From assembly GCA_030059665.1 (NCBI GenBank), contig JANVYR010000001.1, forward strand, positions 1 to 64,000: a DNA stretch of 64,000 nucleotides, in the 5' to 3' direction. Source of the DNA: Candidatus Calditenuis fumarioli (lineage in GTDB: Archaea > Thermoproteota > Nitrososphaeria_A > Caldarchaeales > Calditenuaceae). How positions within the stretch are numbered: position 1 is the stretch's first letter; the number at the start of each line of letters is the position of its first letter. Below the pieces are notes generated by a model. The model was not told where the DNA came from. It was given only the letters and a program-made list of their open reading frames with translations, and did no database searches. Positions 18,944-28,180 of this stretch are shown piece by piece. Position numbers and translations under genes: made by a program.

Positions 18944-19351
18944 ATGGTCCGATCGGTCACCCTGAAGTTCTACGTCGATTTTTTCGATGTCGACGCCAGC
19001 GGTTGGATCAACGGTGGCGTCTATTTCCAGTACAACAACCGACTCTTCGAGGAGCTGCTGAGGAGGAACGGGTACACCCTCAAGGGCCTCCTCGAGCAGG
19101 GGTACGGATTCCCACCCGTTCACTACAGCATCGACTACAGGTCCTCCTGCACCTACGGCGACGAGATCGTAGGAACCCAGAACGTCGTACGGGTCGGCCG
19201 CTCCTCCTTGGAGACGGAATTCTCATTCACAAGGGGTTCTGACGCTCTGCTCTGTCAGGGGAGGATAGTCCGCGTGATGACCGATATGCGCGAGAAACGC
19301 GCTGTCCCTATACCTGATGATCTGAAAGAGAGGCTGATGAAAGAGGAGTAA
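18944..19351 (+). CDS. Hot-dog fold acyl-CoA thioesterase (4HBT/YbgC family)
   Basis: DVDASGWINGGVYFQY, IDY...YGD, VGRSS motifs. Confidence 0.8.
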   Translation: MVRSVTLKFYVDFFDVDASGWINGGVYFQYNNRLFEELLRRNGYTLKGLLEQGYGFPPVHYSIDYRSSCTYGDEIVGTQNVVRVGRSSLETEFSFTRGSDALLCQGRIVRVMTDMREKRAVPIPDDLKERLMKEE

Positions 19352-19368
19352 AAAGAAGAGGGTTGGGG

Positions 19369-20595
19369 TCACTGTTCAGGTCTGTACGGCTCAACGGGCG
19401 ACGACTTGAAGACCACCTTAGGCACCCACTTGGCGCCGGGGTTGATCGCTCCGGGGTCACCCCGCTCGAACTTGTACAGTACTATCCGAGCTTCGGCGAA
19501 CTCGCCCCACTCGGTGTAGCGCAGCGGCCAGGCGAGGATCGGGTGCTCGAAACGGCTTGTCCTGATGTACTCGGCTATCTTCACCGGATCGACCGATCTG
19601 GTCTTCTCTATAGCGTTGGCGATCAGGTAGACGTTGAGGTAACCGGTGGCAGCGTGGATGTCGAACCACATCCCGGCCTCCTTGTAGAACTTCTCAGCGG
19701 TTTGCCTGTATTCTGGCGCGTCGAAGTTGATGCACGAGAACTCTAGTAGACCAGAGTTGATCAGGTTGTCCTCACCCAAGGCCGCAAGCCAGTTATCGAC
19801 CGGCGTGTACGACCCTATGAAGTACTTCGGCTTTATCCCCAGCTCGAGGGCCTGCTTGACGATCGCCGGCCCACCTGGTGGGTGTCCGAGCGTGATCACC
19901 ACGTCAGGCTTAATCGGTTCTATCTTCCTCAGATACGTCGTGAAATCCCTCTCCGTCTGGGGCGCCTCCTCGAGCTGATACGTGATGCCCTGGATGGTCT
20001 TGATCAGCCTCTCCGACGCGTCCCTCGTCGCAAAGCCCCACTCGTAAGAGGCCACTATGTTGGCTACGCTCTTCAGGCCCTGCTGTTGTATGAACTCGGC
20101 CACCGGAGCCACGTTCATGGGCGCAGCAGGGAGGCAGGTCCGGAAGACGTACCTGTTGCTGAGTGTCAATATCCTGTGGGAGCCTGCCATGTGGAGCAGC
20201 AGCGTTACCTGCGCCTTGTTGGCCTCTGGGGCAAGGGCTGCACCGATCCCGCTGGAGACGGGGCCCATAACGGCCACAACCTTATCGACCTCCACCATCC
20301 GCTGGAAAGCCGCAATCGCTTCCTTAGCGTCGTTCTTGTCGTCGTAGACGACCAGCTCCAGCTTTGCGCCTAAGATGCCCCCGCGTTCGTTGATCTCCTT
20401 AACAGCTAGCTGCGCACCAGCGAGGTGTTTCTTGCCCCACGTGGCGAAGGGGCCGGTAAGCGGTTCTAACGCGCCGATCTTGATCGTGGAGACGCCTAGG
20501 CTAGGCGCCGTCAGCATCGGCAGCACGACGGCCAGCGCTACGGCTACCGCCACTATCACAACAACAGCTATAACCAGCGCCTGTGTCCTCTTCAC
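19369..20595 (-). CDS. LivJ/LivK-type (PBP1) ABC substrate-binding protein, orphan
   Basis: N-terminal anchor; IKIGALEPLTG, EINERGGILG, YDDKND, YVFRT motifs. Confidence 0.85.
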   Translation of the reverse strand: MKRTQALVIAVVVIVAVAVALAVVLPMLTAPSLGVSTIKIGALEPLTGPFATWGKKHLAGAQLAVKEINERGGILGAKLELVVYDDKNDAKEAIAAFQRMVEVDKVVAVMGPVSSGIGAALAPEANKAQVTLLLHMAGSHRILTLSNRYVFRTCLPAAPMNVAPVAEFIQQQGLKSVANIVASYEWGFATRDASERLIKTIQGITYQLEEAPQTERDFTTYLRKIEPIKPDVVITLGHPPGGPAIVKQALELGIKPKYFIGSYTPVDNWLAALGEDNLINSGLLEFSCINFDAPEYRQTAEKFYKEAGMWFDIHAATGYLNVYLIANAIEKTRSVDPVKIAEYIRTSRFEHPILAWPLRYTEWGEFAEARIVLYKFERGDPGAINPGAKWVPKVVFKSSPVEPYRPEQ

Positions 20596-20677
20596 GGCGT
20601 AGTGGCTCTAGATAACCACAAGAAATACCTTTTCCTTGACCCTCTAAAATTATGCGACGTGATAAGCGGTCTCTCGG

Positions 20678-21388
20678 TCAGGTCTTGGCCCGCTGGAGCT
20701 GGAAGTAGCGGTAGCGTTGGCGCGCCTCCCGGAGAGTCAGACCAGACTTGACGGACTCGATGATCATCCGCTCCGCCTCCTCAACCTCCTTAGCGTCCTT
20801 TAGGACCTCCTGCGCCCTCTCCTTTGGAACCCTCAGCACGCCTGTGTCATCACCTATTATGAGGTCCCCAGGCCTCACCAAGATGCCGCCGACCTCCACG
20901 GGCACGTTGATGCCGTCTATCTGCAGCCTGTCCTTTCCCGTCCTGGGCAGGGTGCCCTTCGCGAAGATCGGGTATTTCATCTTCAGTATGTTGTCGTAGT
21001 CCCTGAAGACGCCGTCGATTACTGTCCCAGCTATCCCGAGCTTTATGGCCGTGAAGGTCAGGATGTCCCCCCAGCAGGTGTAAGTCGTCACGCCGCCGTT
21101 ATCGATTACGATGACGTCCCCTGGCTGAGCGATCTCGAAGAGGTAATCTCCTATGTCCTCCTTTGTGCCCTGCTCTGCCGGCGAAAGCGGAACGTACCTG
21201 ACCGTGATTGCTGGACCCACCATCTTCACTCCCTGAACCATCGCCTTTATTCCCTCCATAACCCCGTTGATCCTGTTGCGCTCCAGCGCGTCGGAGACGT
21301 TCGGTGTGGACAGATCCCTGAACGCCTCGACGACCTCCTTGGGAACCCGCTCTATCTGCCTGATAACCGTAGGGTTATAGTCGCCCAT
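20678..21388 (-). CDS. RraA/HMG-CHA aldolase (LigK/GalC-like), paralog 1
   Basis: STPNVSDAL, WGDIL, IDGVFRD, PGDLIIGDDTGV motifs. Confidence 0.85.
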   Translation of the reverse strand: MGDYNPTVIRQIERVPKEVVEAFRDLSTPNVSDALERNRINGVMEGIKAMVQGVKMVGPAITVRYVPLSPAEQGTKEDIGDYLFEIAQPGDVIVIDNGGVTTYTCWGDILTFTAIKLGIAGTVIDGVFRDYDNILKMKYPIFAKGTLPRTGKDRLQIDGINVPVEVGGILVRPGDLIIGDDTGVLRVPKERAQEVLKDAKEVEEAERMIIESVKSGLTLREARQRYRYFQLQRAKT

Positions 21389-21491
21389 GACCCTTCGAGC
21401 ATGACCCTTCGGGCGCCTTTTATTTTAACCGAACGGTTTCAATCCCCACATCCAGGGGATCAGATCCCATAATTTAAATAGTGGGGGATCT
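21386..21491. repeat. Cluster of direct and inverted repeats in the divergent aldolase promoter region
   Basis: CATGACCCTTCG x2 (21386-97, 21400-11); AACCG-AA-CGGTT (21427-38); ATCCCC-N7-GGGGAT (21442-60); AGATCCC-N16-GGGATCT (21462-91), which brackets TTTAAATA. Confidence 0.6.
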
Positions 21492-21502
21492 CGCATGACC
21501 AC

Positions 21503-22192
21503 GTGGTCAGCAGGAAGATAGTGGAGGAATTCGAGAAGATCCCGACCTCGAACGTCTCCGACGCGCTCGACAGGTTCAGGATCAAGGGCGGGTTGGAGGG
21601 GATCGTTCCGATAGTTGAGGGGTTGAGGATAGCTGGGACCGCGTTCACGGTGCGCTTCATTCCAGCAAGCCAGGTCGAACTCAAGCCATGGGTGACATAC
21701 ATCGACAAGGCCCAGCCAGGTGACGTGGTGGTCATCGACAACGGAGGCAGGACCTACTGCACCGTATGGGGAGGCCTTCTATCGGCGAGAGCGAGGGACA
21801 TGGGGCTGAAGGGAACGGTGATCGATGGCGTCTGTAGGGACGTCGACGTCATCAAGGCGCTGAGGTATCCCGTCTTTAGCAGGGGTAGGTTCATGATGAC
21901 CGGAAAGGACAGGGTGCAGCTCGCCGGTTTGAACGAACCCGTCACGATCGCCAACGTCCTCGTTAAACCGGGTGACATAATCGTGGCCGACGACAGCGGA
22001 GTAGTCGTGGTGCCCCAGGAGAAGGCGGAGGAGGTGCTGGAGGCCGCGCTGGAGATCTACGAGAAGGAGAGCAAGATCCTCGAGGAGGTGAAGAAAGGCG
22101 TGCCGCTGGCCGAGGCTAGGGCGAAGTACGGCTACGGAGAGCTCCAGAGGCCCAAGACGGCCGCGGGCCAGTCCCAGCAGGCCAAGACGTGA
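21503..22192 (+). CDS. RraA/HMG-CHA aldolase, paralog 2
   Basis: PTSNVSDAL, WGGLL, IDGVCRD, PGDIIVADDSGV motifs. Confidence 0.85.
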   Translation: MVSRKIVEEFEKIPTSNVSDALDRFRIKGGLEGIVPIVEGLRIAGTAFTVRFIPASQVELKPWVTYIDKAQPGDVVVIDNGGRTYCTVWGGLLSARARDMGLKGTVIDGVCRDVDVIKALRYPVFSRGRFMMTGKDRVQLAGLNEPVTIANVLVKPGDIIVADDSGVVVVPQEKAEEVLEAALEIYEKESKILEEVKKGVPLAEARAKYGYGELQRPKTAAGQSQQAKT

Positions 22193-22231
22193 TCGATCCC
22201 TGATCGAAATCGAACCCAAAGGTGAAGCATT

Positions 22232-24676
22232 TTGTCCTTTCTCCCTCCACTCAGGGTCCACGAGAGGGCCAGAGAGGTCGCCCTGAGATGGGTTGGTAGG
22301 CCCATCAAGAGGAAGGAAGACCTGAGGTTCTTAATGGGCAGGGGGCGGTTCGTCGACGACATCAAGTTCGATAACGCGCTCTACCTGGCCTTCGCGAGGA
22401 GCAAGGTAGCACACGCGAGGATCAGACAGGTCGACGTGAGCAAGGCCATGAGGCTGCCCGGCGTCAGGCTCGTCCTGACCGGAAAAGAAGTCGCCGAGCT
22501 GATCAAACCTTGGCCGCATCTCATTCCCACCCCACCATACTATGGAATTGCCGTTGACAAGATAAGATACCAGGGAGAGCCGGTGGCCATGGTCGTTGCG
22601 GAGAGCAAATACGTAGCTGCGGACGCAGCCGAGATGATCGAGGTCGATTACGAACCGTTGAAACCCGTTGTCACGATAGAGCAGGCGCTCGCACCGGACG
22701 CGCCTCAGATACACGACGGGTTCGAGCGAAACGTCGCTTGGAGCAAACGGTACGTGTACGGGGATGTGGAGAACGACTTCGCTAGGGCCGATCGCATAGC
22801 CAGGGGGAGGTACTACTTCCACAGGTTCATATCTTCACCCCTTGAGCCAACCGCGCTGGCAGCGTACTACGACAGGAGCACTGGGGTGCTCACGATTTAC
22901 GACCAGCACCAGCAGGCACCGATGTACCACGCCAGGTACTCGAGGGTGATAGGCATCCCTTCGAACAGGATCAGCATCAAGGTCCCGGATCTGGGAGGTG
23001 GCTTCGGGAACAAGCAGAGCGTGTACCCGTACACCGCACTTGTGGCACTTGCATCGATGCTCACCAACAGGCCTGTGAAGTACGTCGCGTCAAGGTCGGA
23101 GGACCTGATGGCGCTCATGCATTCCCCTGACAGGATCACGGAGGCCGAGTTCGCCTACAGATCTAACGGCGAGATCTTATCCGTCAGGATGAAGCTCTAC
23201 GACAACTTCGGCGCATACCTCAGGCACCCCGACCCTCAGAACGTCACGAGGGCCTTCCCCTCGATCACCGGACCATACAGAATCAAATCCATCGAGATAG
23301 ACGCCACGGGGGTCTTCACCAACACCTGTCCGACGGGACCCAACAGGGGGTTCGGGCAGCAGCACGCGAGCTTCACCTTTGAGAGGATGGTGGACAAGGT
23401 GGCTGAGGAACTGGGGATGGATCCCGCGGAGCTGAGGTTCCTCAACTTCATCAGGCCGGAGCAGATGCCGTACGAGACACCCATAGGCTCCGTTTACGAC
23501 GGCGGTGATTACCCGACCTTGCTTAGGAGGGCACTCGAGCTGGCAGGGTACGAGCAGCTGCGCCGCGAACAGGAGGTCATGCGGAGCAAGGGGGTGCTGA
23601 TGGGGATAGGGGTCGCGGCCATCGTAGAGGGTGGTGCGACGGCTTTCGGCTTCGCGCGTCTCTGGGGTGGGGATCCCAAGCTGGTATCTGGGTACGCCTC
23701 CATGGCAGAAGCGGCATCCCTGAGGGTCCTTCCCGATGGATCGGTTCTGGTAGCGATGGGGACCACTCCCCAGGGTCAGGGGCACGAGACGGTCGCGGCT
23801 CAGATCGTGGCCGATTTCCTGGGCGTGACGCCGGACGACGTCATAGTGATGCCAGGCTTCGACAGCGACGACCATCCCTACAGCGCCTCGGGTTCCGGCA
23901 CGTACGCTAGTAGGTTCTCGCAGATCGGCGTGGGTGCGCTCGTCGGCGCCGCTCTGAAGGTGAGGGAGAAGGTCCTTGCTATCGCGGCCCACAAGCTCGA
24001 GGCCAACCCGGCCGACCTCGTTCTCGAGGACGGAAGGATCTACGTGAAGGGTCATCCGGAGCGGAGCATCACGTTCAGGGAGGTGGCGAGGATAGCGCAC
24101 ACCCGCCTGGGAGAGCTTCCGCCAGACACGGAGGCGGGCCTCGAGGCATATTACACATACAACTTCCCATACAGCAAGCCCGTAGGCGACGACCTGAGGG
24201 GGAACCTCTGCAGCTCGTACAGCGCGCTCGCCGGTGTGGCCGCAGTGGTCGTCGACGCTGAGACAGGACAGATAGGTGTGAAGAAGCTGGTTGTGGTCCA
24301 CGACGCAGGGAGGGCCATAAACCCGCTGATACTCGAGGGTCAGGTGCACGGAGCCGTAGCGAACGGCCTAGGCGGTGCCCTCTTCGAGGGGTTCGAGTAC
24401 GACGAGGACGGGAACCTCCTGACGTCGACCTACATGGATTACCTTCCCATCTCAGCGACCGAGATGCCAGAGCTGATACTCGATCACATGGAGACGCCAT
24501 CTCCCTTCACCGTGCTCGGAGCAAAGGGGTCAGGTGAGGGAGGAACGATACTGCTGCCGGTGCTGATCGGTAACGCAGTCAACGACGCGCTCAGACCTCT
24601 CGGCGTCGAGGTCACCACATCCCGCCTCACACCCCACAACGTCTGGAGGATGATCAAGGAAAGGCGCAGCACCTGA
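22232..24676 (+). CDS. Xanthine dehydrogenase family molybdopterin-binding large subunit 1 (CoxL/HmfA-like; not form I CODH)
   Basis: RKEDLRFLMGRGRFVDD, GGGFGNK, GPNRGFG, QGQGHET, SGTYASR, KGSGE motifs. Confidence 0.9.
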   Translation: MSFLPPLRVHERAREVALRWVGRPIKRKEDLRFLMGRGRFVDDIKFDNALYLAFARSKVAHARIRQVDVSKAMRLPGVRLVLTGKEVAELIKPWPHLIPTPPYYGIAVDKIRYQGEPVAMVVAESKYVAADAAEMIEVDYEPLKPVVTIEQALAPDAPQIHDGFERNVAWSKRYVYGDVENDFARADRIARGRYYFHRFISSPLEPTALAAYYDRSTGVLTIYDQHQQAPMYHARYSRVIGIPSNRISIKVPDLGGGFGNKQSVYPYTALVALASMLTNRPVKYVASRSEDLMALMHSPDRITEAEFAYRSNGEILSVRMKLYDNFGAYLRHPDPQNVTRAFPSITGPYRIKSIEIDATGVFTNTCPTGPNRGFGQQHASFTFERMVDKVAEELGMDPAELRFLNFIRPEQMPYETPIGSVYDGGDYPTLLRRALELAGYEQLRREQEVMRSKGVLMGIGVAAIVEGGATAFGFARLWGGDPKLVSGYASMAEAASLRVLPDGSVLVAMGTTPQGQGHETVAAQIVADFLGVTPDDVIVMPGFDSDDHPYSASGSGTYASRFSQIGVGALVGAALKVREKVLAIAAHKLEANPADLVLEDGRIYVKGHPERSITFREVARIAHTRLGELPPDTEAGLEAYYTYNFPYSKPVGDDLRGNLCSSYSALAGVAAVVVDAETGQIGVKKLVVVHDAGRAINPLILEGQVHGAVANGLGGALFEGFEYDEDGNLLTSTYMDYLPISATEMPELILDHMETPSPFTVLGAKGSGEGGTILLPVLIGNAVNDALRPLGVEVTTSRLTPHNVWRMIKERRST

Positions 24677-24772
24677 CTTGTCCGCGTGACCCACGTTCCC
24701 GGAGAACCTCAATCCGAGTTTTTGGTTGGAGATCGAAGGTTTAATAACCAACATCGAACCCTCAAGGACGAC

Positions 24773-25681
24773 TTGTTCAGCCACCACCTGACCCTCAGCA
24801 GGGAGATCAAGGAGTACGCGGGCCTTCTCGAAGGGGTCGTAGACCTTCACGTCCACACGGCGCCGGACGTGCTGCAGAGAGCGGTGGACGACCTCGAGTA
24901 CCTGGAGGCCCTTCGGGAAGTCGGCTATGTAGCGTACCTCTCCAAGAACCACTTCACCGAGACTGCCAGCAGGGCGTACATTCTCAGCAGGCACAGCGGA
25001 AAGGTCAGGGTGCTCGGGGGCATAGTGCTTAACTCGCCCGTTGGAGGGCTGAACCCCTCGGCGGTCGACAAGGCGCTGGCAATGGGTGCGGCTGAGGTGT
25101 GGATGCCCACTCTTGACGCGGAGAACCACATCAGGACCTTCGGCTCGGCGACGCTTCCCACCACCAGCAGAGTCAGGTCCTTCAGGTCTTACAAATCAGC
25201 AGGCGGAATGATCAGGATCCTGGACGACTCCGGCGAGCTGAAGCCTGAGGTGCTGGAGATCCTGGAACTCGTGGCTGAGAGCGACGCCATATTGGGCACC
25301 GGTCACCTGTCGTTGCAGGAGGTTTACAAGTTGGTCGAGGCCGCAAGGAAGGTCGGCGTCAAGAAGATCCTCGTGACGCATCCGCACTTCAAGGCTACGA
25401 GGTTCAGCACGGAGGACCAGCAGCGACTTGCGGGGATGGGAGCTCTGATGGAGCACTGCGCGGTTGCGGGGTATGACCCTAAGGAGCTGGCTGAGGACAT
25501 CAGGCGCGTAGGTCCAGGAAACTGCATCATATCGAGCGACGCCGGCCAGCCGCACAAGGGTCACCCGGTAGACGTCCTGCTGAAGATGATCGCGGAGCTG
25601 AAGGAGCAGGGCATCTCGGACTCAGATATCGAGAGGATGACCAAGAGGAACCCGTCCAGGCTGGTGGAGCACCTGCTCTGA
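24773..25681 (+). CDS. DUF6282-like uncharacterised metal-dependent TIM-barrel protein
   Basis: DLHVHTAPD, KNH, WMPT, TGH, THP, EHC, SSDAGQ. The ORF is open to 24686; TTG 24773 is preferred because TTTAATA lies at ~24740. Confidence 0.7.
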   Translation: MFSHHLTLSREIKEYAGLLEGVVDLHVHTAPDVLQRAVDDLEYLEALREVGYVAYLSKNHFTETASRAYILSRHSGKVRVLGGIVLNSPVGGLNPSAVDKALAMGAAEVWMPTLDAENHIRTFGSATLPTTSRVRSFRSYKSAGGMIRILDDSGELKPEVLEILELVAESDAILGTGHLSLQEVYKLVEAARKVGVKKILVTHPHFKATRFSTEDQQRLAGMGALMEHCAVAGYDPKELAEDIRRVGPGNCIISSDAGQPHKGHPVDVLLKMIAELKEQGISDSDIERMTKRNPSRLVEHLL

Positions 25682-25683
25682 AA

Positions 25684-27279
25684 ATGCGCACCTCCGTGAT
25701 TCCCGAGGCGGTCCAAGAGCGCTTCAACGTAGTCGAGCTGCACCTCGACAGATGGATCAGGAACGGCCTCGCTGAGCGAGTTGCGCTGATAGATCTGGAA
25801 TCGGGCGAGGAGACGACGTACCGCGAGCTCCACAGACTCGCCTGCAGGTTCTCGAACGTGCTTGCTGAACACTCGCTCGAGCTGTTCGATAGGGTCATGA
25901 TAGCGATGAGGGACAGCAGGCTCTCGGTCGCCTCCTTCCTGGGCGCCATGAGGGCCGGAATGGTGCCCTTCTACGTCAACCCGAACTACGGCGTCGACGA
26001 ATTCAAGTTCTTCATCAGGGACAGCCGCTGCAGGGCGATCATCGCAGACCGCTCGACTGCTGAGAAGCTGGAGGTAGCCACAAGGGAAGTGGGCAAGCAC
26101 GTGAAGGCGATGGTGAACGTCGACCGCGATGGCTTCAGCGATCTCCTCGAGGATTTCAGGGACGAATACCCGCTTGCGGAGACGCATAAGGACGATCCCG
26201 CGTACATAGTGTACACATCAGGCACAACGGGCCGACCTAAAGGGGCGGTTCACCTACATCACGACCTGGTTTACGCCGTTGGCCCCTATGTCTCCAACGT
26301 GATAGACGTCAGGGAGGGCGACGTCTTCTATTCCGCGTCTAAACTGTATTTCTCTGCGGGAAGGATGTTCGGGCTCCACATACCGCTGATGTGCGGTGCG
26401 ACCAGCTTGATAGACCCGGAGAGGTCAACGCCAGAGCGCGTGCTGGCGGCGATTTCAGGACGCGACGTAACGCACCTGCTCTGCGTCCCCACCCTTTACC
26501 TCCGGATCCTCAACCACCTGGAACGACTGGGGGTCCGGACGCTGGAGCGGAGGGCCTTGAGGTACTGCGTCTCGGGCGGCGAGCCACTGCCTGCCTCGGT
26601 CTTCGAGAGGTGGAGAGAGGTCACGGGTCTTGAGATACTGAACGGTATAGGAAGCTCGGAGGCCGAGTGGATCTTCATCTCCTACAGGCAGGGAGAATGT
26701 AAGCCTGGCTCCTCGGGCAAGGTCATACCGGGATGGGAGGCCAAGTTGGTAGACGAATCCGGACAGGAGGTGACCGAGCCGTATAAAGTGGGCGTTCTTT
26801 ACATAAGCTCCGACAGCGTCGCCGCCTTCTACTGGAGGAGGAGCGAGGAGACCAGACGGACGTTCATCGGTAGGTGGTACAACACGATGGACATGCTGTA
26901 CTTCGACCAGGACGGGTACCTGCATTACGTGGGAAGGAGCGACGACCTGTTCAAGGTGCACGGGATGTGGGTCTCACCTGCGGAGGTGGAGGACGCCATC
27001 CTGGCAACGGGCCTGGTGCAGGAGTGCGCGGTGATCGGTCTACCCACGTCCGAGGGTCTGACGGAGGTCGTGGCGTTCGTTGTCCCTAAGGACCCATCAA
27101 ACCAGCGGCTCGAGGAGGAGCTGAAGGCAGCTCTAGCAGACCGAATACCGAGATACAAAATTCCCAGTAAGGTCCTAACGGTCGATGAGATACCGAAGAC
27201 CGCAACCGGAAAGGTCAGGCGGACCGCGCTGAGGGAGATGGCGATGAGCGGGCTCATCAAGCGGGCGGGTGAGCTGTGA
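25684..27279 (+). CDS. Benzoate-CoA ligase family AMP-forming ligase 2
   Basis: YTSGTTGRPKGAVH, SGGEPLP, NGIGSSE, GRSDD, KTATGKVRR motifs. Confidence 0.9.
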   Translation: MRTSVIPEAVQERFNVVELHLDRWIRNGLAERVALIDLESGEETTYRELHRLACRFSNVLAEHSLELFDRVMIAMRDSRLSVASFLGAMRAGMVPFYVNPNYGVDEFKFFIRDSRCRAIIADRSTAEKLEVATREVGKHVKAMVNVDRDGFSDLLEDFRDEYPLAETHKDDPAYIVYTSGTTGRPKGAVHLHHDLVYAVGPYVSNVIDVREGDVFYSASKLYFSAGRMFGLHIPLMCGATSLIDPERSTPERVLAAISGRDVTHLLCVPTLYLRILNHLERLGVRTLERRALRYCVSGGEPLPASVFERWREVTGLEILNGIGSSEAEWIFISYRQGECKPGSSGKVIPGWEAKLVDESGQEVTEPYKVGVLYISSDSVAAFYWRRSEETRRTFIGRWYNTMDMLYFDQDGYLHYVGRSDDLFKVHGMWVSPAEVEDAILATGLVQECAVIGLPTSEGLTEVVAFVVPKDPSNQRLEEELKAALADRIPRYKIPSKVLTVDEIPKTATGKVRRTALREMAMSGLIKRAGEL

Positions 27280-28163
27280 CCGCACCAGAGGACCTCTGGA
27301 TCAACGACGTCCACATTCACGTCAATCCGTTCTCGAAGTTGAAGAGGCCGGCGTTCGAGTTCTTCGCGACCAACCCGGACTTCCGGGAGAACTGGCAGAG
27401 GATCGAACGTGACCCGGAATACCTCATCCGGAGGATGGACGAGGACAGGGTGAAGAGGGCAGTCCTGATCAACTACGTCGCTGAGGAAGTCATGGGATAC
27501 GACGTCTCTACGAACCAATACGTATACGAGTACTGCAGGGATCACAGGGACAGGCTCCTGCCCTTTGCTGGCGTGGACGTTCGCATGGCCCCTCGGGAGT
27601 TCAGGGAGCAGCTCGAGACGGCGTACTCCAAGTACGAGGTCGAGGGCTTCAAGCTCCACCCTGTCCACCAGCTCGTCTACCCGAACCAGTACAGGGAGGA
27701 GTACGGCGAGCGGGCCGTGAGGAACCTCGAGACCTTCTACCAGTTCTGCAGCGACCACGGATTGCCCGTTACCGTCCACACTGGAACGTCCATGTTTCCG
27801 GGAGCCAGGCTGAAGTACGGTCAGCCTATACACCTCGACGACGTGCTGGTCGACTTCCCGAGGCTGAGGCTTCTGATGGCGCACGGCGGCCGTCCCTTCT
27901 GGATGGACGAGGCCTTCTTCCTCATGCGACGCCACAGGAACCTCTACCTAGACGTCTCTGGGATCCCACCGGGCAAGCTGCTCGAGTACTTCCCGAGGAT
28001 CGAGGAGGTCGTTGACAGGGTGTTATTTGGGAGCGACTGGCCGAGCCCCGGCGTGAAGGGGATGAGGGAGAACGCCCTCGGGATCTGGAAACTGAACGGG
28101 CTGTCGGAGGAGGCCAAGTTGCGGATACTGGTGAGGAACTTCGACGAGTTCTTCAAACGGTAG
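27276..28163 (+). CDS. Amidohydrolase-2 family protein
   Basis: DVHIH, GFKLHP, VHTG, AHGGRP, LYLDVSG, FGSDWP motifs; GTGA overlap with the ligase. Confidence 0.85.
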   Translation: MTAPEDLWINDVHIHVNPFSKLKRPAFEFFATNPDFRENWQRIERDPEYLIRRMDEDRVKRAVLINYVAEEVMGYDVSTNQYVYEYCRDHRDRLLPFAGVDVRMAPREFREQLETAYSKYEVEGFKLHPVHQLVYPNQYREEYGERAVRNLETFYQFCSDHGLPVTVHTGTSMFPGARLKYGQPIHLDDVLVDFPRLRLLMAHGGRPFWMDEAFFLMRRHRNLYLDVSGIPPGKLLEYFPRIEEVVDRVLFGSDWPSPGVKGMRENALGIWKLNGLSEEAKLRILVRNFDEFFKR

Positions 28164-28180
28164 ATCCGTAGGTGAGCTCT

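Noticed and set aside
22232-24676. Aerobic CO dehydrogenase (coxL) call for this gene and for 37326-39755
   Set aside because: Both lack the AYxCSFR and AYxGAGR signatures, and no coxS/M/D/E/F/G genes are nearby.
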